Position numbers and translations under genes: made by a program
Part shown: one piece after another, positions 36,224 through 46,402 of the stretch
Numbering within the stretch: position 1 is the first letter of the stretch
Layout of the letters: each line of letters opens with the position of its first letter
Source: Diplonema japonicum
Lineage: Eukaryota; Protista; Euglenozoa: Diplonemea
Reading direction: 5' to 3'
NCBI GenBank assembly: GCA_964019335.1
Contig: OZ025736.1
Location: 1 to 64,000 of the forward strand
Length of the DNA: 64,000 bases
Notes under the pieces: generated by a model
The model's database searches: none
What the model was told of the DNA's origin: nothing
Seen by the model: only the letters and a program-made list of their open reading frames with translations

Positions 36224-37327
36224 TCATTTTCTTTGTCCTTTTTTCGGGGCCTCTTTTTTTTTTATAGAAACTTTTTGTTCTTCTTCTTCGCTTTCACCTT
36301 CTTCGCATTCTTCTTCTTCTTCGTAGCATTCTTCTTCTTCTTCATCATCGCTTTCTTCTTCTTCCCATTCGTCTTCATCGCTTACTTCTTCATCAACAGT
36401 TTCTTCATCATCGCTTTCTTCTTCTTCTTCTTCTTCTTCTTCTTCTTCTTCTTCTTCTTCTTCCCATTCTTCTTCATCGCTTACTTCTTTACCGCTTAGT
36501 TCTGGTTCTTCATTGACTCCTGCAAGCACCCTTTCAAGATCATTCTCGCAAACGTAACGAGAATGAAGGGTTTTCCTCAAGAAGAATCGAACATGGGCTT
36601 GGATCTTCTCCTTCATCACCTCAGGGTTGTCGTCTCTTATTTTAAGAAACTGCTGACGGACTTTCATAGTGACTTCCGACGGAAGGAGCTTCCTAGAACC
36701 CTTAATATCTTTGTAGATGTCCACGTGCTTCTTGTTGCTGCGCCAGGATTTCGTATTCAGATTGTGGGCCTTACACATGAACATGAGATTCGATATCTCA
36801 CACCCCACTGCCATCATGGTACGCTTCTTGAGGGCATAGTGGTAATCCGTTCCGTGCTTACACCTAACAATGTGTGCGCTGTGTTTCGTTTTTTTGTACC
36901 ATCTTTTTTTCCTTGAATTGATGTAGGCAACAATAGCTTGGGTCATGGCAGCCAGGGTGCGCCGTTCTTGAATGTGCTCGATTTGAATATTCTCAAGAGG
37001 TGTACAGGGCACCTCAGGTGTGTACGCCACGGGGCAGTTTTTTGGTGTTGTTTTTTTCAGTTCCTTTGTGCTCTTTCCGCGGCTCAGCACTTTCCCTGAG
37101 ATCAGCGCGTACAGAGCCTTCGAGCCGACGCCGAAGTAGGGGTCGTCTAGGTTCTTTCTCTTTCCGAAGAAATCGCCTTGGACCTCAAGCTCCAACAGTC
37201 TCTCCAACATCGCTTTTGCTTCCTTTCGTTTGTAAACTGTAGGACCGGGCTTTATTCGTACCTTGCACAGGTTGCCTTTTTTTACAACTTTTTTTAAGTA
37301 GTTCTCGTAGCGAATGACTTTCCCCAT
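36224..37327 (-). CDS. Basic orphan protein with HNH/His-Me-finger-like motif and long acidic tail
   Basis: IQIEHIQE...EISNLMFMCKAHNLNTK; C-terminal ~60-aa poly-E/ESDDEE tract ending in KKKEAPKKGQRK. Confidence 0.65.
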   Translation of the reverse strand: MGKVIRYENYLKKVVKKGNLCKVRIKPGPTVYKRKEAKAMLERLLELEVQGDFFGKRKNLDDPYFGVGSKALYALISGKVLSRGKSTKELKKTTPKNCPVAYTPEVPCTPLENIQIEHIQERRTLAAMTQAIVAYINSRKKRWYKKTKHSAHIVRCKHGTDYHYALKKRTMMAVGCEISNLMFMCKAHNLNTKSWRSNKKHVDIYKDIKGSRKLLPSEVTMKVRQQFLKIRDDNPEVMKEKIQAHVRFFLRKTLHSRYVCENDLERVLAGVNEEPELSGKEVSDEEEWEEEEEEEEEEEEEEEESDDEETVDEEVSDEDEWEEEESDDEEEEECYEEEEECEEGESEEEEQKVSIKKKEAPKKGQRK

Positions 37328-37650
37328 TTTTTTTTTTTTTTTTTTTTTTTTTGTTGTGTACCTTTTCTAGGATTGTGGATCGGGTGGGTAGGAAAAAAGC
37401 GCCGCTTTGAAATAGGGAAACGGGCCACAGAAGCAACTAAATACCTCAACTTGTTTGATGTAATGGATACCATGTAAGTCTCACTTGAGAACACAAGATA
37501 CTGAAAAGGGAAAGGGGAAAGGGGGAAGGGGAAAGGGGGAAGGGGAAGAAGGGGGGAGGGGGGAATAGGCCAAAAACAGTGGTGTGTAAAAAAAGGAAGA
37601 AAAAAAAAGTGCCGAACTGCCAAAATGTCTGAGTTAGTTGTTCCACGCGA

Positions 37651-38022
37651 CTAGCGTGCGTAGGCACACGGATTGTATTCTGCTGCTACAACCAGAGCTC
37701 TCTGCTTCACTGACTCCCAACCGACCGTGGTGTGACGGGTCCAATTGTTTTCTGGTGCCATATTGCAGCTCTGACATGTGGGAAGAATGAAGTAGAATTT
37801 GTTCCGTGTCTGCACACCTTTCACATGGACGTGTGCCCCAACAGCCGCTGCGTTCCCGCAGTTATGTGTTTGACACCTAGCAGGCCACATGCGCCCAGAA
37901 TGCTCCTCCCAGAATCTTTTCCAGCTCTTCCCCTTTCTGTCGCACGAGGACCCGACCACATGTGCGATCAGTTCATCCTCATCCAAGATTAGGCAATCGC
38001 CTTCTTCCCATTTCTCGCTCAT
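37651..38022 (-). CDS. Small Zn-binding HNH-like protein
   Basis: SWKRFWEEHSG..WPARCQTHNC...VGAHVH...YFILPTCQSCN: Cx4C...H...CxxCN pattern of beta-beta-alpha-Me nucleases. Confidence 0.7.
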   Translation of the reverse strand: MSEKWEEGDCLILDEDELIAHVVGSSCDRKGKSWKRFWEEHSGRMWPARCQTHNCGNAAAVGAHVHVKGVQTRNKFYFILPTCQSCNMAPENNWTRHTTVGWESVKQRALVVAAEYNPCAYAR

Positions 38023-38211
38023 GTTAAAAAGATGCGTGTAGGACTGTAGTGAAGTGGTTTGCTTTCTAGAAGTGTAGATCGGGTTAAAAGAAAATAAATG
38101 TCATGGGTGTTCCCCAACGAAGGGGTGGGGGGATAGGGTACTCAGTGACATTGAGAAAGGCAAAGAAAGAAAGAAAAAGAATAAAAGGAGAATAGATGTA
38201 AAGCGATCAAA

Positions 38212-38243
<32 letters not shown>

Positions 38244-38693
38244 AAAAAACAAACCTGCAAGTATGAAAGCATGTTTGTTGTTGTTGTTGTTGTTGTTATT
38301 GTTGTAAGTTTTTTTTTATAAAAAAAAAAACTGAAGTAAACTAAAGGATAGGGGGAAAATACCGCCGTGTAAAAAAGAAAAAAAAGGAAGGCGCTGTGCT
38401 GGGGGGGGGGGGGGGGGGGGGGGCACTGGGGGGGTCCTTTCACTGATCTGACCGCTTTAAAGGATGCTGGGTCAAATAGCGAATAATGGACCAGATGTTT
38501 TTTCCTCGTTTTGAACCTAGAAAAAAAAAAAAAAAAAAGAAATCGTAATTAAAAACTCAATCAAAAAAAAAAACTTTTTTATGAGACAATGAAACTACCT
38601 CCCCCCAGAAGAGAGAACAATGTGTACGACCAGGGAAAAAAAAAAAAAAAAAAAAAAAATAGATCACACACACCAAAAGAAAAAAAAAAAGTC

Positions 38694-41093
38694 TCAATAA
38701 CTCACATCCGCCCAATGGTCGATCGTTTGTTCCGCCCCAATGGCAAGGTGGTCGACGGCAGCCTCAACATCACCATGTCGAAGTCTCAGCGCGCTGAGAC
38801 ATTCCGAATAGCCGTATTTTCTCAAGAAACCAAACATCTTCATTTGCTTCAGTTCAGCCTTGTACTTTGGATCGCTGGTGCCGTACTGCTCGAACGCAGA
38901 AGAAAGAGACTGGTACCTCCAGCTCCTGCAGGTGTCCGCCACTACACGCAGGCTATCGTTGTCCAAGAACTGGAAAACAGAACACAGCGCATCGTTGTTG
39001 AGTTTAATGTAATTCCTCGCTGCGGGCTCGACACCGTCTCTGAGAGAAGCAACGCACCACGATCTCACTTCTTCCAACACACCAGTAGCATCACGTGCTT
39101 CAATACACCTCTTAAAGGACGCTGGGTTTGCATTGGAGATGACCCCTTGCGAAACACACTTTTCAAGAATATTCGAGAAAACCTCAAAATCTGCGTCAGT
39201 CGGCTTCGACGTCCATTTGCTATGCTCCACCAGCGAATCGGATTTAAAAAGCAGCCCCAACCCACGTTCAAAGAATGTAACGATGCTCTCTCTCCCGTGC
39301 AAAGGGTACACCTCGCAGATATCACGGATTTCGCGTAGATCACAGCGGTTCACGAGGGCGGCTACGATGGACTGGCAAGTCCTGTGGACGGGTGTTGTGA
39401 CCCCTAGAAACTTCACCATCTTGTCGAGGATTCCCGGATCGGGTTTTTTGAAATCGGTCGGCTCCACAACATGAACGTTGACCCCGCACTTGCGGAGGGA
39501 CTTGTAAAGTGCTGTTTCCTCGACAGCAAAGTCGTCCCCGCGCCCATAACCTCTCTGTGACGGGCTGACATACATGCTCACAAGGTACACCTTTATGTTA
39601 GGGGGCATCATCGCTAGGTATTCTTTCACGACAGGCTCGAACGTCTTCTCACACACGGTGTCCAGGCAGTCGGTGACGATGACGAGGGTACGGGCGGAAA
39701 CCCCTTGGGAGACGATGTGCTCGAACGCTCTTTGAATGTTCCCCGTGCCCTTCTTCACGCTGAAATGCGACAGAGTCAGCACGTCCCTCAGCGTCTTCCC
39801 TATAAAATACGGTTTGTGAACCTTATTGCTGTACAAAACCGTCTGAACCTTGTCACGACCCCCGATGGCTGCTAGCAAATTAGTCAACAGATCACAGTAT
39901 GGTGTTGAGTTAAGCCCTCTTCCAGTGTTTTGTAAGATTGTCATAGGAGTGTCTATGACAGGCATGGCTGCCTTAAAGTCTGCTTCAGCTGTTTCTAAAA
40001 CATGGTGGAACAATGGGGACTTGGTGGTGTGCAAGGTCATGAGCCTCTCGAGGTATTTGCCTACGGTGAAGTCGGGTGTTTCACCCGATTCAAGACGTTT
40101 TGCGGTTAAGTCTTCAACGTCCTCTGTAGCGAGCTGGGTGTACCTCCGCAGCAGCGTGGTGATGTCGGCGTTCTCCGCGAGAGCGAGTTTCACAGGTTTT
40201 TCCAAACCGCCGAGTTTGAACCTTTTTGAAAGATACGCCAAAGACGGCTTCTGTTTTTTCAAGGTCGCGATATCTTCCAAATCGTCTTTTGTCAGCTTCA
40301 TGCAGTACTCCACCGAGACCGGTCTGGGTTTTTTAAGATCGTAGATGCAAGGGAGGAACGACGGTATTGACATCCTTGAGGGGTTTAGATGCACTAGATC
40401 CGCGAATTCTTTCCAAAGGCACAGCCCGAAGTCCAAAAGGTACGCTTCCAAGGTTTCTTTTGACAGACTTTCTGCCCACGCACGCAGCCGTTTACAAGTG
40501 TTTCCGGACAGCGTGGCGTTGAAGAACGGCAGTATCTGTTCCTTGATCTCCTTGAGATCCTTCTCGAGTTTTGCGAGCTTTTTGATGCGGCGTTGCAACC
40601 ACTTTGGTTGATCGCATGACTGGACTGTCTCAACACGTCGCTTTTTTGCAGGTGGGGCTGCTGTTCTAGACGGTGCGGGTCGCTTCCCTGTGTGGACTGG
40701 CGTGGAGGCTTCAGTGGAGGATTTGTACTCTTGGATTAGTTGCTTTAGGTCGTATACTACGTTTGTTTTCTTGTGCATGGTGTGTTTTGTTTTGATCAAG
40801 CCCTCTGTTCTCCCCCAGGACCGCTCCCTCCTCTTCAGGTCCATTCCCTTCATCAGCGAGTACACGTCGCCGAACTCCACCTTCCTGTGGTACAGCATTG
40901 TCTCGCTGAACGCGTAGTCCTTGAGGTGAAACGACAGGAACAACAGCTTCCCCCTGTGCTCTGCCGACATGTCCGTGGTCTCTAACAGTAACAGCGCGGT
41001 GGACTTGAACTTTGCAGGGTCCTTCTTGTAGGACTCTGTGTACGACTCGAAGCTTGCTGTCGGGTTGAGAAAAAGCTCATTTAGGCTTGTCAT
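38694..41093 (-). CDS. Helical + vWA-like protein with C-terminal F-box-like and UBA domains
   Basis: F-box-like LNNDALCSVFQFLDNDSLRVVADTCRSWR; UBA-like LKQMKMFGF...CLSALRLRHGDVEAAVDHL; vWA-like TLVIVTD strand. Confidence 0.7.
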   Translation of the reverse strand: MTSLNELFLNPTASFESYTESYKKDPAKFKSTALLLLETTDMSAEHRGKLLFLSFHLKDYAFSETMLYHRKVEFGDVYSLMKGMDLKRRERSWGRTEGLIKTKHTMHKKTNVVYDLKQLIQEYKSSTEASTPVHTGKRPAPSRTAAPPAKKRRVETVQSCDQPKWLQRRIKKLAKLEKDLKEIKEQILPFFNATLSGNTCKRLRAWAESLSKETLEAYLLDFGLCLWKEFADLVHLNPSRMSIPSFLPCIYDLKKPRPVSVEYCMKLTKDDLEDIATLKKQKPSLAYLSKRFKLGGLEKPVKLALAENADITTLLRRYTQLATEDVEDLTAKRLESGETPDFTVGKYLERLMTLHTTKSPLFHHVLETAEADFKAAMPVIDTPMTILQNTGRGLNSTPYCDLLTNLLAAIGGRDKVQTVLYSNKVHKPYFIGKTLRDVLTLSHFSVKKGTGNIQRAFEHIVSQGVSARTLVIVTDCLDTVCEKTFEPVVKEYLAMMPPNIKVYLVSMYVSPSQRGYGRGDDFAVEETALYKSLRKCGVNVHVVEPTDFKKPDPGILDKMVKFLGVTTPVHRTCQSIVAALVNRCDLREIRDICEVYPLHGRESIVTFFERGLGLLFKSDSLVEHSKWTSKPTDADFEVFSNILEKCVSQGVISNANPASFKRCIEARDATGVLEEVRSWCVASLRDGVEPAARNYIKLNNDALCSVFQFLDNDSLRVVADTCRSWRYQSLSSAFEQYGTSDPKYKAELKQMKMFGFLRKYGYSECLSALRLRHGDVEAAVDHLAIGAEQTIDHWADVSY

Positions 41094-41163
41094 TCTTTAG
41101 GGGTGGGGGAGAGGGGCCCTTTGGAAAGTATATTATTTATTATGGAAAGAAAAAAAGAATTAC

Positions 41164-42462
41164 TTAACCCTCCGGGATTTCCACGTGCAGCAACGGGGCC
41201 GTCCCTTTCACGCCGCACCTCAACGATGGAAATGGTGGGTCCAGCGTTGTGGACCCCACGCCGGTTGACACAAAGCACCGTGCGGGACCGTTGCTCCACA
41301 ACCCTTGGGTGGGGACTTGTTGCTGACGCAATTTGTTAAGGATAGGTGAATAGGGCAAGGTGGGGAAATTAAAGAGACCTCCAAGATACGTACCGCAAAG
41401 GGCGATGTGGTACGGCAGGCAGTGGAGGGACGAAGCGATGATGGGGTCGGGCGACAACAACACGCTGAGACAGTTCTTTTGCTTTTTCAAATCGCCCACG
41501 GTTTCAGGGGGCGTCCCGTCTGCTCCTACAGCAGCGATAAAGAGATTGGCACCGTTAGGAATGCTATGAAACACGGCAGACTTCGACAGGACTTTGAAAT
41601 TCATTTCATTGAATGCTTGTTGAAGCGCCGCAAAGCCGTGGGGCGGCAACGACTCGTCTTGAGCTGAGAACACCGCGAACACAGGGAGCCCGAGCTCTCT
41701 CACTGTGGAGAATGCGTTTAGAATGCTCTCCTTCACCGTTTTCCCATTGTTTCTTATTGCGAAGTCCGCTGAAACCACACCACCGGTCACGACAACCACA
41801 TCAACACCCTGCGCTCCATTCTCAAATATCTTCGACACGGTGTTTGAATTCCTGCTGCATATCCCCAAATCTGACAGCTGCGCAATGCCGGCGTACCTTG
41901 TCCCGTCCTTTTTCGTCTTTGCGAAGGCACTGGGCTGGATCCGACCGGATTTTCCAAACGCGAATGTGGCCGTCCGGTGGATCATGGACACGACGTAATG
42001 GGTCAGAGTGGTGGGTCGGTGAAGAGGCTGGCTAAAAGCCGCAAAAGTGGCAAACCCGAAACAAAGGAAGGGTATCGCTTTTAGAATAAGCAGCGACGTG
42101 AAGTTAGGTGCGAGGGTTGGGAGCGGTGTGAAAAGCATCCATATTACAGTGAAGGGAGCGAAAGGGAGTGCCAACCAGTTCAACATGCAGAACCAATCTG
42201 TCAGCGGCTTCAGAAGTCTGTTGACAGGGTTAGAAAACCGTGTGTACACCCCGAAGCTGTGCAGCAGAACAGACCCAGCGATCCCGAGCCAACCCCATCG
42301 TGGAAGGACGGGGAACCGAAGAGCCCAACCCCAAAGCACAGAACCGCACAGCACGTTCAACCCCGTCTGTGTTCGAAATAGAGTTGTCAGCCGCGGGGTG
42401 AGGTTCGGGTTCCTCGCAACAATCATTATGAAAATGTTGAGCAGAAACGTTAGAACGATCAT
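41164..42462 (-). CDS. Membrane-anchored calcineurin-like metallophosphoesterase fold (YkuE/TMPPE-like), apparently inactive
   Basis: N-terminal TMs, then IAQLSDLG, DVVVVTGG, PVFAVFSAQD, VLLSPDP, LCGTYLGG, FVSTGVGS in family order. Confidence 0.75.
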   Translation of the reverse strand: MIVLTFLLNIFIMIVARNPNLTPRLTTLFRTQTGLNVLCGSVLWGWALRFPVLPRWGWLGIAGSVLLHSFGVYTRFSNPVNRLLKPLTDWFCMLNWLALPFAPFTVIWMLFTPLPTLAPNFTSLLILKAIPFLCFGFATFAAFSQPLHRPTTLTHYVVSMIHRTATFAFGKSGRIQPSAFAKTKKDGTRYAGIAQLSDLGICSRNSNTVSKIFENGAQGVDVVVVTGGVVSADFAIRNNGKTVKESILNAFSTVRELGLPVFAVFSAQDESLPPHGFAALQQAFNEMNFKVLSKSAVFHSIPNGANLFIAAVGADGTPPETVGDLKKQKNCLSVLLSPDPIIASSLHCLPYHIALCGTYLGGLFNFPTLPYSPILNKLRQQQVPTQGLWSNGPARCFVSTGVGSTTLDPPFPSLRCGVKGTAPLLHVEIPEG

Positions 42463-42660
42463 CTTTTTTATTTATTTTTTCTTTTTTTTAGTAATATTAT
42501 ATCCTCCCCCCACCCTTCTTATTTAGAAAGGGGAGAAGAAGAAATACAAAAAAAGAATAACAAACGAAGACAGAATACTGAACCAAATGAAAAACAAAAA
42601 AAACTACTCCTCTGTCTCGCAACGAAAGGATAAAATAAAATAAAAAAAAGTAAGTTCTTT

Positions 42661-45324
42661 TCACGATGAGTCGCAGGTCTCCAGCGTCTGTTTGTTCGTG
42701 TGTCCAAAGATGACCCCTGCGGGTGTGTCTGGAATCGGACACGCGAAACCATTGTCGCGCAGGTCGATCTTCTGCACCCTTGCGATCCAAGCAGGGAGCA
42801 ACCCTGTCAGGAAGTTGCCCTTGATGGACAAGGTGAGGCTGTAGAGGAGAGGAGTGTGCTGGAGGTTGCTGGGAAGCGTGCCCTCCAACTGGTTGTCGTA
42901 AAGGTACAGAAGCTTCAAGGAAGGAAGACTGTCACCCCAAATCTCCGGGATGGTCGAGTTAAACTGGTTCGACGAGAAGTCAAGTACTTCAAGGGACCTG
43001 TAAACAGACGAAGAAAATGTGGGAAGCTCCCCTTGAAGGGAGTTCCCGGAGACCCTTAAAACCCGCAGCGGATTGGTCTCGATCCTCGCCTTGCGTACCA
43101 GCAAAGGTGCGAGGACCGACGTATCGTTAACCTCGCCCCGTATACTGTTCATTGAAACGTCAACTGTTTCCAAATAACGCAGATCCCATAGATTGTCCGG
43201 GAGGTTCCCTATACTGTTCCTTGACACATCGTACGCAACCACACACTCCGGGAGGGTTGGTCCTGTCCACGTCAGTTTGTTGTCCGAAAAGTCAATTTTT
43301 TTAACGGTGTTCGACAGATCTCGAAAACCCCCCGTCAGGCTGTTTCTCGACAAGTCGATCTCACGCAAATCCGCCAGCCCGGAGAGGTCCGGAACATCTC
43401 CTGATAGATCGTTGTACGGAAGGAGTATTTTGGTGATCTTGCTGTAATCGCAATGCACGCCTTGCCAGTGGTCTTTGCATGGGTCGCCCGTCATCCAGTT
43501 TTCATTTGAGACCCATGAAGCGCCGTTGGTGTTGGTGTATAGATTCTCGAGGATTTGTATGTCGGCGGCGGAGGTTCTGAGAAAGTTTATTTTCTTGACG
43601 GAGATCTCGTCGAATGAGACGGTGGCACCCCGCCGCGCGTCCGACTCGATGATGATCAGAACGTTTTGAACATCGGCAGCAAGTTCCCTTTCCAACACAA
43701 AACTCTCCCATTTCTGGTAAGGAAACGTGAAGGACCGCAGCGTTCTAGACCCTATAAAGCTCTCCTCAATAGTCGATGACGTTGCGGACGTGTGCGATAT
43801 GGTAGCTTCACCAGTAACATCCAAAGATGTGGACCTCCAGGATATCCGAATGGTCGCATCTGTATCAGACGCAACAAAGTTCGGATCGGCTGCATTAACT
43901 TGATGGTAAAACCTTGCTGCGAATCGGTAGAGCCCAGCCCCGCTTGTTGTGAGGGATACCTGTTGGTGGAGGCGCGAGAAGTGTCCAGGGGTTGGTGTGA
44001 AATATGTCAGCCCCCACCCCGATGCGGGGTTGTCGTGGGCTATTTCCCAACCCCCGCAGCATGTTCCGCTGGTGAATGGATCCGAAGCGGATTCGTTGGA
44101 CCACCCGTCCAATCCGAACTCGGACCCTTCGTTCACCACCATCTCCGATCCGACCTCTAAGTTGTCCAGATACGGTTCCTTCACGTAAAACCTGTACAAC
44201 GTATCGTCAGGGATACCAGTTACGTTCGCGGGGCTCTCTTCAAGTTCTGTTCCCAACGGGTCATCGACGTCTCGCTTCAATGGAATTGGAGAGCTTTTGT
44301 ACATAATTCGGATCCGGCCCAACCTCCCGGCGTAGATTGGGGTGAAGGAAATGATTAATATCGGTCCGGTGTCGCCCCAGTCTTTTATCAATGTTGGAAA
44401 CGGGCAGATCATGTCCCCCCGACCGTCTTGAAGATGCGTGATGGCGAACTGCGCCACATCAGCATCGGTGAAATTCGTAGGGTGATCCTGAAAAACAAGC
44501 CGGCATGTTGAGGGAACCCCGGCGACGATTTCACCGCAGCTCCAGCTGGGGAAGACGTCTGTGAAATTGAAAGTATCCGGGTACACAGTTAGCTGGTATC
44601 TGTCTATAGCTTCATACACAGTCCCACTCTCGGAATCGTCAACGGGAATAACCGTCCAGTGCTGTTCTGAATCCACCGACAAACACACGTAGGAAACTCC
44701 GGATTCAACATTTTCAAATCGGATGGATTCGTCTCCGGTTGACCATTGTGTTGGGTTGCCCCCTGCGACAGGATCCGATGGTAGAGGAGATGACCTACAA
44801 CCTGATTTTGATTTCGTCAACATCATCGAGGTTGCGGTTGTGAAGGCCTGTCCGTGAAGCGTGATGTATAATGGTCCCGACCATGCAGCTGAAACAGGTA
44901 GAATCGGTCTTATCGTGTATGAAGGTTGAAAGGAAAACACGTAAAATCCTTCGACACCACCCGCTGTGTCCAGGATATTCCAGTTCGCATCGGTTGAACG
45001 GTATAATATGCACACGTATCTGACGGTGTTGCCCCAGGTTGTCGATGTTGTTGAGGAAATGTCGATGACCCATTCTTCTTTGTCATGGATCGTCCATTTT
45101 GAGAGCGTGCCGGTTGGGGTGCTCGCGGCTAGGGTTGTGTTGCACTGGCTGGGGCCATTTTCCATGACGACTGCTTGGGAAAAACTTTCCTCGAAGTTTT
45201 GTCCTACTACCGTGACACCAAACCTCTTCCCGGACACGGCCTCGCCTTGTATTTTATATTGAACATTGGGCACTGTCCCTGACACGATCGTGATTGCTAG
45301 TAAGAATATTATCTTCGTTAGCAT
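42661..45324 (-). CDS. Secreted protein with beta-rich N-terminal modules and C-terminal plant-type LRR
   Basis: Signal peptide. LRR N-cap LENLYTNTNGASW...NWMTGDPC..WQGVHC; repeats LDFSSNQFNSTIP and LYLYDNQLEGTLP. Confidence 0.85.
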   Translation of the reverse strand: MLTKIIFLLAITIVSGTVPNVQYKIQGEAVSGKRFGVTVVGQNFEESFSQAVVMENGPSQCNTTLAASTPTGTLSKWTIHDKEEWVIDISSTTSTTWGNTVRYVCILYRSTDANWNILDTAGGVEGFYVFSFQPSYTIRPILPVSAAWSGPLYITLHGQAFTTATSMMLTKSKSGCRSSPLPSDPVAGGNPTQWSTGDESIRFENVESGVSYVCLSVDSEQHWTVIPVDDSESGTVYEAIDRYQLTVYPDTFNFTDVFPSWSCGEIVAGVPSTCRLVFQDHPTNFTDADVAQFAITHLQDGRGDMICPFPTLIKDWGDTGPILIISFTPIYAGRLGRIRIMYKSSPIPLKRDVDDPLGTELEESPANVTGIPDDTLYRFYVKEPYLDNLEVGSEMVVNEGSEFGLDGWSNESASDPFTSGTCCGGWEIAHDNPASGWGLTYFTPTPGHFSRLHQQVSLTTSGAGLYRFAARFYHQVNAADPNFVASDTDATIRISWRSTSLDVTGEATISHTSATSSTIEESFIGSRTLRSFTFPYQKWESFVLERELAADVQNVLIIIESDARRGATVSFDEISVKKINFLRTSAADIQILENLYTNTNGASWVSNENWMTGDPCKDHWQGVHCDYSKITKILLPYNDLSGDVPDLSGLADLREIDLSRNSLTGGFRDLSNTVKKIDFSDNKLTWTGPTLPECVVAYDVSRNSIGNLPDNLWDLRYLETVDVSMNSIRGEVNDTSVLAPLLVRKARIETNPLRVLRVSGNSLQGELPTFSSSVYRSLEVLDFSSNQFNSTIPEIWGDSLPSLKLLYLYDNQLEGTLPSNLQHTPLLYSLTLSIKGNFLTGLLPAWIARVQKIDLRDNGFACPIPDTPAGVIFGHTNKQTLETCDSS

Positions 45325-46402
45325 TTTTTTTTATATTTTTTTTATTTGTATCCCCGTGTCGACCTTGCCCAGTATAATAGAGAAAAAAAGCACAAGAAGT
45401 CAAAAAATAAAAACAAAACATAAAAAGCCCCCTCCCTCCCCCCGTGCGCCCTTCTCCTTTTTTTTTTTCTTCTTTGTTCCACGTTCTCTTATCTCGGCTC
45501 AACTATTTTTTTTTTCTTTTTATACATTAAAGGGTGCGGGGGGAGTTTTTTTTTTTGTCACCCTACTTTCTCACTTCCCGTTTATCCATTCTTTTTTTTT
45601 TGACACAATTTCAACAGCAAATACACAGCGGAAAAAAAAAAACGTGTTTTTTTTCCCCCCAAAGCGAAACGGGGGGAGGGGGGTGGAGATTCACTAATTC
45701 ACATATGATAGAAAGAGGAGATTTTGCGCTCAGCGGCCGAGCTGTGCTTAGTCTCCGTTCTGGGGGCTCTGGCGGGTTCTATTGCGGTGGACCCCTTGCC
45801 TTCTGCTGCGAAAGCAAAGGGATCATATCTAAGACCTTGGTCCCGGTATCCCCCAAAACAAAGAAAATGTGGAAACAAGTTAGCAGAGAGAATAATAAGA
45901 AGCACACAAAAAGGGGTCAAGACAGAATGAGATCAGTATTCAAAAAAAAGGGGGGGGGGGAATGGTGCTTGTTTTAATAATTTTATTGAGCATTTCTGGT
46001 TGAGAACAAAAAAAAAAAACAAACTACCGCCCTTAAAAAAGAAAGAGAAAAAAAGAAAAAAAAAACAGTGATGGTGAGCCAATCAAACGATGTTGCTGAG
46101 GAATCTTCGTTTTCAGTCCTTTTCAGCAATAAATCCCACTCCCCCGAGGAGATAGACTGACCCATGCAACGATATCTAGTTCTTGCATAGCTGTTGCCAA
46201 GTAGCTTTCCCCCTTTTCATCGGAAAAGCAAAGAGTCTGCACATAGCATTCTTTTTTTTTTTTTTTTTGTGTGCACACGGTACAAACCCAGATAATCCCC
46301 CCTCCCCCTCCATCATGTTATCTTTTGATGCTATAAAAAATCGGAATCGTAATAAGACCATTGCCCCCCCCCCCCTTTTTTTGTTATGTATAAAATATAT
46401 TT

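Noticed and set aside
45699-45930. Small ORFs on both strands between the LRR and GT15-like genes
   Set aside because: No ATG context or domain support; could not choose a frame.
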